Shown here one piece after another: positions 1 through 12,664 of a DNA stretch of 64,000 bases (its first letter is position 1; every line of letters starts with the position of its first letter). Source of the DNA: Octopus bimaculoides (Eukaryota); the NCBI RefSeq assembly GCF_001194135.2, contig NC_068994.1, positions 42,997,904-43,061,903 on the forward strand, read 5' to 3'. Under the pieces are notes generated by a model that saw only the letters and a list, made by a program, of their open reading frames with translations, had not been told where the DNA came from and made no database searches. The position numbers and the translations under genes are program-made.

Positions 1-40
1 ATATGTCTCTTATAACCCTTCGTACATATACATACATACA

Positions 41-107
<67 letters not shown>

Positions 108-174
108 CATCAGTACATCATATGTTCGATAAGCAAGCATACTAAAAAGCATTAGAGCAGTAATGTATTTTTTA

Positions 175-347
175 GGAAGTTAAAAGTTATGGTCAGTTAT
201 AGATTGACCATTGGTTTCACAACTATAAAGCACTTAGTGGTATAGGCAACTAGTCAGATTTGAGTCTGACAAGTCTCCTATACTGCTAAGTGCTTTGTAG
301 GTACAAAACCAATGGTCACTCTATGACCAGCCATAATTTTTAACTTC

Positions 348-348
<1 letters not shown>
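175..348. mobile_element. Fold-back MITE (whole-length palindrome) with TA target duplication
   Basis: TA|GGAAGTTAAAAGTTATGG ... CCATAATTTTTAACTTCC|TA. The arms pair almost to the centre at ~261 (roughly 80% by eye). Confidence 0.8.
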
Positions 349-388
<40 letters not shown>

Positions 389-983
389 GTATGTATATGT
401 GTGTGTGTCTGTGTGAACGTGTGTGTAGATATATGTGTGTATGAGTGTGTATACACACACACACACGTTTCTATAACTTAGCAATACGACAAACGAGTCT
501 GATAGAATAGGCACCAGACTTAGAATAGAACAAGTACTGGGGTTATTTATTTGTGTGACTAAACCCTTCAAGTCACCATAGCTGCATTCAGATGACCGAA
601 ACAAATGGAAGAACATGTGTGTGCATGTGTATATGTCTCTGCGTGTGTGTGTCTGTGTCTGTGTAGTATTTTTTTTGTATCATTCACTTGTCTGTGTCAT
701 TTTCCTTATGCTTTTGCTCGGTATTCAGTAGAATGGTTATTTTTTTTCTTTCTCAGGGATAGGATACAAATACTTATTTTTTTATTTCTCATTATAAAGC
801 ATAGAATGAAAATTTGAGTCTAGTTCAAGGTTGATATTCTATATTGAATTTATGAAAAAAGAAAAAAAAAAAACATTTCCCCTCTTATTCTACGTTAATC
901 TTCAATATAAAGCATAAGGCAAATATTCAAATCTATTTAAAGCTACTCAAGTTATATTGATGGTTCTTTATTTTTTTGTAACA

Positions 984-1910
984 TTTGTAGACATACATTT
1001 AGATATTGTTATATGTCATTGAAACAGCTCATGGGACATCATATATATAGCAAAACAATATCTACTATTTTCTTTGTGCCATCTAAAACATATGAAAAAA
1101 AATATTCATTTTAACCTGGCAAGAAGAATCTGAAGAATTGTATGCAATCGAGAAACCCAAGAGAAACAACTTCAAGAACTTAAAAATATATTACTTCAAA
1201 AATAATATTCAGTAATTTTAATCAATAACAGAATAGAATGGGCAAAAACAATCGACACCCCAAAATTATCAAAAAAGAAGAAAGATCCATGATACATTCA
1301 ATACTTTACAATATACAAGGGGGTGATGAAGAATTCCTGGCTTTAAGAGTATTGCAAAAGGCTTGGTTGGAGGCCCAACCTTCTGAGTTCTTTTACAGAG
1401 CTTAGAAAAACTGAGGGACCACTGCAATAAGTGCATGAATCTGAGAAGGGAATAAAGTCATAATTAACTGATCCTCCTGTATTTTCTTTTATTCAAAGCC
1501 AGGAACTTTTCAGCATCCCCTCATATATATATATATCAACCCACAATCCAAGAAATATGAAAGCATATAATATCAAGTATCAAAACATTCCAATTTTGAT
1601 GAACAACCCACATATGAAAATGTCACTCAAAACACAAAACAAACTGATAGTAAAAGCTAACCTAAATCTTTAAAACTCCACATACTAGTGCCAAATTACC
1701 ACCGAAAATATAACCCCAATAATTGCAGAATCTATATCAACCCCATTGAAAACTCGACATTGGAATTCAAATCAGGACAAACATATACTATAAGAAGTAA
1801 TTTCACTTGTGCATCAACAAATTTAATTTATGTTATCAAATGTAGTATGTGGTGAAAATCACATAGGACAAACAGGTTTAACACTCAGATACAGAATAAC
1901 AGTACACACT
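984..1910 (+). mobile_element. Degenerate Penelope-like retroelement fragment (RT C-terminus + GIY-YIG endonuclease)
   Basis: Translates KQYLLFSLCHLKHMKKNIHFNLARRI*RIVC (PLE RT thumb SxHP-like region) and FTCASTNLIYVIKCS/fs/CGENHIGQTGLTLRYRITVH (GIY-YIG). Contains stops and a frameshift. Confidence 0.85.
1316..1523 (+). mobile_element. Internally deleted mariner element (MITE) nested in the Penelope fragment
   Basis: TIRs CAAGGGGGTGATGAAGAATTCCTGGCTTT / AAAGCCAGGAACTTTTCAGCATCCCCTCA flanked by TA. Interior encodes a mariner C-terminus WLEAQPSEFFYRA/fs/EKLRDHCNKCMNLR. Confidence 0.85.
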
Positions 1911-1943
1911 TCACATCATATTTGCTGTTATAAATATAGATTA

Positions 1944-2504
1944 CTGAGAAAGGTGTGATGGAAGCAGAGATAAGTTTATTTAATTCAACGATTGTTTATA
2001 TTAATACAGAAATGTGAGTAATTTATTATTTAAAATATAATGAAATATAAAATATGATAAAATAAATTATCTGTACATGTTTTATTAAGTTGTGAAACAA
2101 CTGACAATATATAAGCATTTCCAATGGTTGAATAAATTTTATCATACTATATTTCTCTTGTTATTTATAACTTTATACACTCCTTATGTTTTTCTCTTGT
2201 GTACTACTATATACACTATATGGTTTACAGAATGATACATTAAGGAACATTTTTTATGAGTACCACTGGATTCGTTGTACATATATTGTAATTTATATAT
2301 ATATATATATATACATTTGTGTGTGCGTGTGTTCATATATACATTTTTTATATAAAAATATACAGGTGGTAAATGTATGTATGTGTTTAGGTTGTGTGTT
2401 TTATAACAAAAACAAAGAGATATTCTTGTATAATTAATTGTTCTGTACAGCAGGATGTCTTCACCTCAGGCAGCTTATCTTTGTTTCCATCACACCTTAC
2501 TCAG
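1944..2504. repeat. 31-bp inverted repeat pair, possible old MITE
   Basis: CTGAGAAAGGTGTGATGGAAGCAGAGATAAG (1944-1974) matches the reverse complement of 2474-2504 with 3 mismatches. No clear TSD. Confidence 0.55.
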
Positions 2505-2692
2505 CTGTGTCTATGTTTGTTTTTTTTATATCTTTCATATAGTCTAATTTCTTCTTTGTTTACTTTCACTTTTGTTTTTTTCCTTCAACTCTCTTAATTG
2601 TTTCATTCCTTCCTCACCCTCTTTCTCTTCTGACTTTCCATCAACACAAAACTCCAACACACACACACAGGACTTCTAATGCCACTTTAACT

Positions 2693-3839
2693 CTTTTACT
2701 CTTTTGTTTGTTTCAGTCATTTGACTGTCGCCATGTTGGAGCACTGCTTTTCATCGAACAAATCAACCCTGGGACTTATTCTTCGTAAACCTAGTACTTA
2801 TTCTATCAGTCTCTTCTTGGCAAACTGCTAAGTTACAGAGACGTAAACGCAGACACACAAACGTATACTTCTATATACATATATATATATATATGTGTGT
2901 GTATATATNNNNNNNNNNNNNNNNNNNNNNNNNNNNNNNNNNNNNNNNNNNNNNNNNNNNNNNNNNNNNNNNNNNNNNNNNNNNNNNNNNNNNNNNNNNN
3001 NNNNNNNNNNNNNNNNNNNNNNNNNNNNNNNNNNNNNNNNNNNNNNNNNNNNNNNNNNNNNNNNNNNNNNNNNNNNNNNNNNNNNNNNNNNNNNNNNNNN
3101 NNNNNNNNNNNNNNNNNNNNNNNNNNNNNNNNNNNNNNNNNNNNNNNNNNNNNNNNNNNNNNNNNNNNNNNNNNNNNNNNNNNNNNNNNNNNNNNNNNNN
3201 NNNNNNNNNNNNNNNNNNNNNNNNNNNNNNNNNNNNNNNNNNNNNNNNNNNNNNNNNNNNNNNNNNNNNNNNNNNNNNNNNNNNNNNNNNNNNNNNNNNN
3301 NNNNNNNNNNNNNNNNNNNNNNNNNNNNNNNNNNNNNNNNNNNNNNNNNNNNNNNNNNNNNNNNNNNNNNNNNNNNNNNNNNNNNNNNNNNNNNNNNNNN
3401 NNNNNNNNNNNNNNNNNNNNNNNNNNNNNNNNNNNNNNNNNNNNNNNNNNNNNNNNNNNNNNNNNNNNNNNNNNNNNNNNNNNNNNNNNNNNNNNNNNNN
3501 NNNNNNNNNNNNNNNNNNNNNNNNNNNNNNNNNNNNNNNNNNNNNNNNNNNNNNNNNNNNNNNNNNNNNNNNNNNNNNNNNNNNNNNNNNNNNNNNNNNN
3601 NNNNNNNNNNNNNNNNNNNNNNNNNNNNNNNNNNNNNNNNNNNNNNNNNNNNNNNNNNNNNNNNNNNNNNNNNNTATATATATACGACGGGCTTCTTTCA
3701 GTTTCCGTCTACCAGATCCACTCACAAGGCTTTGGTCGCACCAAGGCTATAGCAGAATACACTTGCTCAAGGTGCCACGCAGTGGGACTGAACCCGGAAC
3801 CATGTGGTTGGGAGGCAAGCTTCTTACCATACAGACACA

Positions 3840-3840
<1 letters not shown>
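2693..3840 (-). mobile_element. SINE family B (tRNA head + CORE-like body, internal microsatellite), split by an N gap
   Basis: Head ...GTGGTAAG...GGTTCAGTCCCACTGCGTGGCACCTTGAGCAAGTG; tail GGCCATGCTGGAGCA-type; (TA)n at the gap. Confidence 0.8.
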
Positions 3841-3879
<39 letters not shown>

Positions 3880-4644
3880 ATATATATATATATATATATC
3901 AAATATATATAACAAAAGGGAAAAATATTTTAAGCATCAAACAATATTGTTCTATACCTGAAAAATATTACAGAACTGCAAAGTAGTAAAATTTATGTTA
4001 TGCAGCTGTAATTTGAAGAATTGAACAGATAGATAATTAACAATGACGGCGTCACTTGAATATATTATAATACTTAGTGGTTAGAAAGAAGCAAACTCTT
4101 GGAGCCACTGCAGGAAACCCGATGTCAGTAAAATAAATCTCAAAGAATGTGTCAATGCAAAACTTGTACAGGTTTCTGCTAATGAAAATTCTAACAATGC
4201 AGTTAGCACAATACTTACTTCCTGACACAGCATATGTCTGCAGCCTAATATATGGCGAAATGATTAACTATGTAGGCGACAGCTTGCTGCTCGGCAGATG
4301 TTTCCTATCTTACTGCTGTTTTATCAAGTCAATAGCAATGATAATAACTATGATTACAGTTACTGCTGCTTCCCTGCATCATTGAAGTCTGCAGACTAAA
4401 CCATCATTTACTATAGACCAATAGCTGTCATCATATTAAATCTGAAATCCGTGACAGGAATGTTGTTATAAAGATTTTTTTAATTTTTTTTTTTATCTTC
4501 TTGTACTTCTTGTTCTTGTCTCTCTTTTACTATTCTGACACATAGAACTGTATACAGCAACCTTTATTTTATGATAACAGGGAATTTCTAATGAACAAAA
4601 CTTATAAAAACTCCTTCTGTCTCACTCTCTATCCATCTCCCTGC

Positions 4645-4679
<35 letters not shown>

Positions 4680-4867
4680 TATACAAACATATATACAAAC
4701 ATACATACATACATATTGATATAGATATAAAGGATGTTTTTATAAGCATAAAAACTGTNNNNNNNNNNGGAGAACATTATTTTTCTTCATGGTTGGGTCG
4801 TTGATGACCTCTTTCTAGCATATTGGATGTCCACCTAGTGGTCATCCCTTATACACGTGTATACACA

Positions 4868-4907
<40 letters not shown>

Positions 4908-4943
4908 TATATAATATACATATGTGTGTAAGTGTGTGTGCAT

Positions 4944-4993
4944 GGAGATGGCCTAGTGGTTAGAGTAGTGGACTTGCAGTCGAGGGATCATGG
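4944..4993 (+). mobile_element. Isolated tRNA-derived SINE family A head
   Basis: GGAGATGGCCTAGTGGTTAGAGTAGTGGACTTGCAGTC matches the head of the full copy at 51825-52206. Confidence 0.55.
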
Positions 4994-7585
4994 ATTTGCT
5001 GGGAAGCAAATTTCTTAACACATAACTAGGCCAACACATTAACACACACACACATACGAATCTACACACACATGGACACACGCACGCACACACACACTCA
5101 AATAATGCTTCTGTCAGTAGAAGGGTAGTGCATATGAATGCTTTCAAGACCTCAATCATCGATTGGAGAAATAGAAGAAATTGACCTCAAAATGTAAACT
5201 TTCCCCAAATGTTTGCTCACAACTGATCTGAGTCCCCTATTGGTTTACAAGAACCTGTAGGTCAGAATAATTCTTATTCTAGCACCTCGATTATATACAG
5301 AAACCTTTATTTTCAGATAACATTGAATGCGTAATAAATTAAATGCATATGAAAGGAATTAATTCATCTTTCAATTTAGGTTTGTTCTTATTTAAATAAT
5401 GTACTGTAGCTTTGATTTGAAACGCTACCAAGATCAATGTTTGCCCTTCATTTCTTCTAGGCTCAATAAAGTCAAGTTGGCAGAGCCATTAGAACATGGG
5501 GCAGAATGTTTTATGGTATTTGTTTTGAGTATCATTTCTGATTTCAAATTCCTCCAAGGTCAACATCACCTTTTTCTTCAGGTCAATAAATTAAAAACTA
5601 GTTCAGTAGCAGGAGGTTTCATCTTCTTCTTACTTCCCTCTATCTCTCTCTTTTCCCCTCCTCCCCCTCCCCTTCTCTCTTTCTCTCAGCTTTTATCAGA
5701 TCTAGAATAGGATGGACATGCCATAAGCCCAGGTGGTGCCCCAACAATTCCATTAAAAGATACGGCCTCAAGACAAGGCAAAATAAAACACCAGCCAAAT
5801 ATTGAGGTCAAATTAATATCCCATGCAACCCTCTTCACACATTCATGGCCCTCTGCTAATGTTAAAAATCAATTCCCACCCAGGTTAATACTGTCTTTCA
5901 TTGTTCCTGGTTCAATAAAATAAGAACAAGTTAAGAAATGGCAATCAATCTCAATCAACTTTTCCTTTACTGCCACATCTGAGGCCTTGTTTTTATATCT
6001 TTATATTAGAATACAATCATGCATGTAGTTCTACTTTGTATGAATGCAGTATATTACAACCAGCAAGCATCTTTCTCCAACACTTTAAGAAGTAAAAACA
6101 ATAGTAATATTATGAAGTTATAACTCCATTAACTTAAAATAAATTATTTTTCCTGAACTATTGAACTACAATCCCAAACTTTTAGTTAGTATAAACAATT
6201 ACTCACATGTGAATATACATTTAAACACATCGAGATGTATATAAATATGTGTGTATGTGTGTGTGTGTGCATGTGGAGAGAGAGAGAGAGAGAGGGAAAG
6301 AAACAAAGAGAGGGAAGGGAGAGTGTGGAAGAGATGCACCACTGGAGGGACATTAAAATATTTCACTTAAAAATCATTCATTTGATATATATATATATAT
6401 ATACGTGTGTGCATAAATATGCTTGTGTATATAATGTTTACATATGTATACCTAAAACTATTCGCTTTTTCTTGAAGCCAACTTCCCACCATATCACTAA
6501 TATTGGCTTCAAATTTTGGCACAAGGCCAGAAATTTTTAAACTACACAATGGATTGAAAAGACACCCTAATAGATTGCATATCCGATTTGGACTGCCAAG
6601 AGCTGCAGAAAAGTTCTGATCTTTGTGGATCTTAAAATGTCTTTTGAGGCCTCTGTAGAAGACATTTGCCCAAGGTACCATACAATGGGACTGAACTGGA
6701 ACCATGTGTTTACCACACAGCCATGCCTATTAATCTGAAGTATAAAACTTGGTGTAGAAATAGTAGGTCTTCTATAAGCTTTTCATAGGCATTTTTAATT
6801 TTTTTTCTATTTAAATTTTTGAAATGACTGCTAAATTTCACATCAGTACATGGTATTTATTTTCTGTTTCAGAGAACTGTGTTTGGTGTGTCATGTTTGG
6901 ATTTCCCTGATGTTTTGTTAATTGATATATTCTGCTAATAATCTTTTATACAGTTTGTGTGTTTTCTACATCAGTTTAGCTAGCTTCTTATATGTCAAGT
7001 TTCTGGATTATCTTTTCTATGAATTAATTGCATTCGACAGGGTATTTGGTCACTAAGTCATGTCTTGAAGCATTGTGATGATATCTTCAAACAAATACTA
7101 ATGATGTAAGTTATAATCTGCCATTAATCCCCCATAATCTATGCCATTTGTCACATTTGGGAGTATTACTGACATCACAAAGCAGCAATATGATAAAGTT
7201 GTTAGGGTGTTTGATGGAAATGCTTCGTGGTATTTATCCTGCCTCTCCGTGTTCTGAGTTCAAATCTGACCAAGGTCAACTTTATCTTTAATTCTTTTGC
7301 AAGGTAGAAAACATAAAATACCAGTTTAAGGCTGTGGATTGGTGGAATTTTTAGAGTGTCAGGTGGAATGTTTTGTGATATCTATCCCGGCTGTGTACAT
7401 TTTGAGTTCAAATCCCAACCAGGCAGTGAAAAACAATGGGATGGCACTTCTGTTAGAAGTTACTAACAGATAATATCAGCAATTTGAAGATACACTGATT
7501 TCTTGATTCAGTCAGAAGATTCACTGCCACTGCCACTGCCACTGCCACCGCTGCCACCACCACCACAGACATCACTGTCATTTGG

Positions 7586-7945
7586 CTTTGACTTCATTTG
7601 CTTCCTCACCCTTCTGATGTACTCCTTCTCAATTTTCATTTTCATTTTTGTAGTTAGTATCCTGTCAGATTCTAATATTCCTAGATACGTATAACTTTCT
7701 CCTCCTTTCAATGATTTTAATGTCTGGCCATCTGGTAATTAGATGCCTTTGCTGTTGAGTACCTGTCCCCTTCTCATGACTAATATTGCACACTCATCTA
7801 TGCCAAATTCCATGCCTATATCTTTGCTGAAGAGTCTTACAGTCTGTATGAAGGAATCTATCCCTTTTTCATTCATACTAAAAAGTTTCAGATCAAATGG
7901 TTAATTTTCTATTACTATTTCTGAACTGATACCCTGCTTTTGCCT
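7586..7945 (-). mobile_element. R4/Dong-clade non-LTR retrotransposon RT fragment (catalytic YxDD region deleted)
   Basis: KINHL-[deletion]-DLKLFSMNEKGIDSFIQTVRLFSKDIGMEFGIDECAILVMRRG ... SYTYLGILESD ... KIEKEYIRRVRKQMKSK. 5' flank is (TAA)n. Confidence 0.8.
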
Positions 7946-7971
7946 TCTTTATTATTATTATTATTATTATT

Positions 7972-8295
7972 CAGTAGTTTTATTTTTATAACGTGCTTTC
8001 ACTTCACTACCGAGCGCAGCTCTGTGCGCCTTGGGTATGTGCTGTGGTTTGCTGTGGTGCTCTTATGTTTACTGTATTGAAAGTGTTTTGCGTAGGATGT
8101 GTGCAGTACCCAGTAGTGCAATTTTCTGTATGTTATATATATTTGTAAGTCCTGCTATTTTTGTTATGTATTTGTCTGAATATTTTTTTATTATACCTAA
8201 GGCACCTACTATGATAGGAATTGTTTCTGTTTTTAGATTCCACATTCGAGTTATCTCTATTTCCAGGTCTTTGTATTTTGAAAGTTTTTCCATTT
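7972..8295 (-). mobile_element. R4/Dong-clade element 3' end (restriction-like endonuclease C-terminus + 3' UTR) ending in (TAA)n
   Basis: EKLSKYKDLEIEITRMWNLKTETIPIIVGALGIIKK...IQKIALLGTAHILRKTLSIQ*. 3' UTR is nearly identical to 19262-19450. Confidence 0.85.
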
Positions 8296-8404
8296 CTTCT
8301 TCTTCTTCTTCTTCTTCTTCTTCNNNNNNNNNNNNNNNNNNNNNNNNNNNNNNNNNNNNNNNNNNNNNNNNNNNNNNNNNNNNNNNNNNNNNNNNNNNNN
8401 NNNN

Positions 8405-8455
<51 letters not shown>

Positions 8456-8615
8456 TTCATTTGTTAGAACTTATTAAAAATTATTTATTTAAATAAAAAA
8501 AGCTTAGCCAATGTTCAATGTAAACTTTCACATTTAGATGTTCATTAATAAGTTTCTCATCCTAATTGCTTTTGAAATTCTGGTGATTAATGTTGCATAC
8601 CACAAAGAAGTATTT

Positions 8616-8831
8616 TTAGAGCTTCTTACATTTGAGTACTGTTTGAAGGAGCTTTTGAAAAATTTCTTCTTTTGGATTACATTTATTCACATCAGTAACA
8701 GCTTGACATATTTCCAGTACTGTCATCATAGCTTCCACTTCAACTTCATGATGAATAGCCAACCAATTTTCAAACTCTTTCCTTTGTATATCCTCTGGGA
8801 TTCTAGCAAGAATTTCATTTGTAATAAGCTC
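8616..8831 (-). mobile_element. Possible pogo/Tigger transposase C-terminal remnant
   Basis: 71 open codons without a start: ELITNEILARIPEDIQRKEFENWLAIHHEVEVEAMMTVLEICQAVTD...; resembles the acidic Tigger tail (FEEW..ID..V.V..T..EIC.AV). Confidence 0.4.
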
Positions 8832-9043
8832 TTACTTCCTTATGTACAGGAGTTTCTGAGCTTGTTTTTTACTTTTTTTTTTTTTTTAAATGTTTTTCTT
8901 TAAACAATTTTGATAACAATATCTGGAGCTTTTTATTCTAATAAAAAAATAATTTTTAATTCATTTTAAATAAATTGTTTGGGACTTCCCTAAGACTTGT
9001 TTCCATGACATTATATACACCTTCCATAACAGGCAGGTTAAGA

Positions 9044-9560
9044 GTGGAGGTNNNNNNNNNNNNNNNNNNNNNNNNNNNNNNNNNNNNNNNNNNNNNNNNN
9101 NNNNNNNNNNNNNNNNNNNNNNNNNNNNNNNNNNNNNNNNNNNNNNNNNNNNNNNNNNNNNNNNNNNNNNNNNNNNNNNNNNNNNNNNNNNNNNNNNNNN
9201 NNNNNNNNNNNNNNNNNNNNNNNCATAGGATCACGGTTTCGATTCCCCGACCGGGCGTTGTGAGTGTTTATTGAGCAAAATACCTAAAGCTCCACGAGGC
9301 TCTGGCAGGGGATGGTGGCAAACCCTGCTGTACACCACAACTTTCTCTCACTCTTTCTTCCTGTTTCTGTTGTACCTGTATTTCAAAGGGCCAGCCTTGT
9401 CACACTGTGTCACGCTGGATATCCCCGAGAACTACGTTAAGGGTTCACGTGTCTGTGAAATGCTCAGCCACTTGCACGTTAATTTCACGAGCAGGCTGCT
9501 CCATTGATCAGATCAACTAGAACCCTCGACGTTGTAAGCGACGGAGTGCCAACAACAAAA
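9044..9560 (+). mobile_element. SINE family A (tRNA-Arg-like head), interrupted by an N gap
   Basis: Begins GTGGAGG, ends GCGACGGAGTGCCAAC(AAC). 11-bp TSD AACAGGCAGGT at 9028-9038 and 9559-9569. Confidence 0.85.
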
Positions 9561-10489
9561 CAGGCAGGTGTATATAATGCATTGACAAAGGAGATTGAGT
9601 TTGTGTCAGATTGGCTTTGAACATCATCGATTTCAGTTAGACATGTCTGTGTGATTAAAAAGCCCGCTTTGTTAACACATGGTTTCAGGTTCAGTTCCAC
9701 AACCTGGCACCTTGTGTATGTATATATAATATAAATAATCAAAAGAGCTTCATGAAGAATGAAGAATTATATATCCTCAAAATTCACCATTCTTCATAAT
9801 TTCCTTGATTATATACTCTGTAAGCTGTATGAAATCCAATAGAATAAACTCAGGATTTACCTATCAAGTAAAGTACTATTTAATTCATTAACTTAAACAA
9901 TCCTAAATGTTCCCTATCATTCAATGTGGTTAGTCAGATCTGAATTGTATCAGAGTGTTCATGAGGTACCAGATTTCAAACTCCATCCCATTTATTCTTT
10001 ATATTTGATTCTTAGTACTCTTTACCTACCATTCCCCTAATTCATACCAAACATTCTGCCTCATTAAAGTATTGGTGAACTTCTATAAATGCACACATCA
10101 TACCAATACTATCCTGTCACACACAGTAGTGATATTGTATATATTATAACACTGTAGTGTATTATGTAACCTGATGATGTTTCTTCTGCATTGTGGGGTG
10201 CATTTGATTCCATTATATCATTCCCCACCACCTAGGGATCAGTGCAGACGTAAGCCGAAACGATTGTCATGCTAAATAAAGCTTACAGTACATTCTGTAT
10301 TCCTATCAATTATTCAAAATATATATGTATATGAGTATGTATATATGTATTTGTATATATACATATATAAAGAAGCCCAATGTATATATGTATGTGTGTG
10401 TGTGATGTGTGTATGAATGAATTTATATATATATATGTGTACGTATGAATCTATGCATGTATATCACTCATAATATTTTATTTTTCATA

Positions 10490-10710
10490 AGGCAGAAAGC
10501 TGGCAGAATTGTTAGCATGCTAGGAAAAAATGCTTAGTGGCATCCATCTGTATTGACATTCTGAGTTCAAATTCTGCTGAGGTTGACTTTGCCTTTCATC
10601 CTTTTTGGGGGGTCAAGAAAATAAGTACCAGTCGAGCACTGGGGTCAATGTAATAGACTTATTCCCTCTCACCAAATTACTGGTGTTGTGCCCAAAATTT
10701 AAAAGCAATA
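10490..10710 (+). mobile_element. SINE family C (GCCTTTCATCCTTTCGGGGTCGAT-type body)
   Basis: AGGCAGAAAGCTGGCAGAATTGTTAGC...GAGTTCAAATTC (B-box-like)...GCCTTTCATCC...AAGTACCAG; shared with 15125, 22637, 25646, 29483, 39407, 55888. Confidence 0.8.
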
Positions 10711-11595
10711 CTTTTTATTTTTCATGAAAAGAAGCTACATTTAAATATACGCATACCTCTTGTATATACACCTGTGACCTCCTGAATTTAATTAGTGGGC
10801 CTATTCATTACAAAATACAATATACATACATCGTTATAAAGATTTTACACTTAGCTCAACCAATTAAAAGTAAAACAGCAGTTTGTATAAAATTTCGCTT
10901 TTGTCTTTTTAAAAAGAGATATCTGAAAGCTATCTGACATCTTATTGCATTTTCTTAGTAGCTGGGAGCAGAGAAACTTAGACAAACCACTCAAACATCC
11001 CAGTTACAGAGGCTTGTTTTCGACTTTTATACTTTATTATAGTATTGTTTATATGCAGGAATTAATGACTTTATTAATGTTATTCCTTTTATATTTGTAT
11101 ATTATTTTGTATTTTTGTATACTTGTGCACAATATTACTTCTTATTTTTAATTCCTAAATTGACTTGTGATTGGATAATTAAATCACAATGAATTTTTTT
11201 TTTTCTTCAAATCGTCTCAATATGAAACAGTTCTTTTTAAGAAATATCTGACACTCTCAAAAGAATGGCAATGCAAGAATAAAATAATGAAAAAAAAAAA
11301 AATCAAATAACAAAAACAAGTAAAGTTATTTTCTTTAAGACAATTGTATGCTGATTGACAATTAACTTTTACTGTGACATTTAGAAAATACTATTCAGAA
11401 ATATCAGTTAACTTTTTTATTCGTTTCTCAGCTCTCAGTGTATATGTGAGATCAATCAATGGGAAGAAAGTGGAAATAACTTCCTATTTCAAAAGAAAAG
11501 AAAACTATTCTTAGTTTGTTCTATTTCTGCGCTTATTTCATTGGTTCATTGAACTTACTGACATGTTACATCTCCTATTTTCCTCTTTATTATTG

Positions 11596-11686
<91 letters not shown>

Positions 11687-12144
11687 CATCATCATCATCA
11701 TTATTATTATTATTATTATTTTATTCTTTTATATTTATTTCTTTAGTCTATGTTCTACAAAAGGAAAAAATTGGCATGTGTCTCTATTCTTACTGACTCA
11801 AAGATTGAATAGTTCTGTTAATTTCGTGTAAAATTGTAAGTTTGGCACCATTCAGTTTTTTTCTGATTTCTACAAAATCTTCATTTAAGTTACCAAACAT
11901 AATCTTATATCCTTTATCTTTTACTTCTTTCAGTCATTGGGCTGTCACAACACTAAAGCACCTTGAAGGGTTTTCATTGAATAAATCAACCTCAGTACTA
12001 ATTTTAAGCCTAGTGCGATGGGTAAATTGTTGTCATTTTATATTTTTAATTTTGCACATGCTCATTGTATAATGTGTGTGTGTGTGTGTGTCTGTGTGTA
12101 TTCACACATATATATATACACATAGATACACACACACACATATA

Positions 12145-12185
<41 letters not shown>

Positions 12186-12480
12186 TCAAATAAATATCTT
12201 TAAATCCACAAGCTAGAATATTTCAAGAGTAAGACATAAAAATAAATCTTGTTTGTCCAGTAAGAAGTTAATCTGATAAATAATTAATAAATAAATAAAG
12301 ACTAAATGAATAAATAAATAAATAATATTTAATAAATCCTAGAAATATAGAAATAAATATGTCAGTGAAATCAATGAAGTGAATAAGAAATATGACTTAA
12401 CCTTTTGTAATTTTTACCTTTATTTTTATAACGTATGACTCATTTGACATATGTCAGTTACCACATTTAAGGATCACTGA

Positions 12481-12524
<44 letters not shown>

Positions 12525-12664
12525 ATTCTACCTTTTTTTGCTATATTACTACTAGTTTCAGCTCTTGAACCGCAGCCGTTGTGGGGCACCATCCTCATGT
12601 CAACTTCCCAGATCTGGTACTTATGCCTGGGACTTAACATGTAACTCTCTACATTGCTATGTAG

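Noticed and set aside
2871-3912. Long ORFs containing X runs (also at 17380, 19280, 31416, 54463, 57704, 58891, 60721)
   Set aside because: They are open only because N gaps contain no stop codons.
4149-4385. 78-aa plus-strand ORF
   Set aside because: No recognisable homology or splice context; region better explained as regulatory or non-coding.
7508-7585. GGGGSGGSGSGS linker-like peptide
   Set aside because: (GGT)/(GGCAGT) microsatellite appended to a retroelement fragment.
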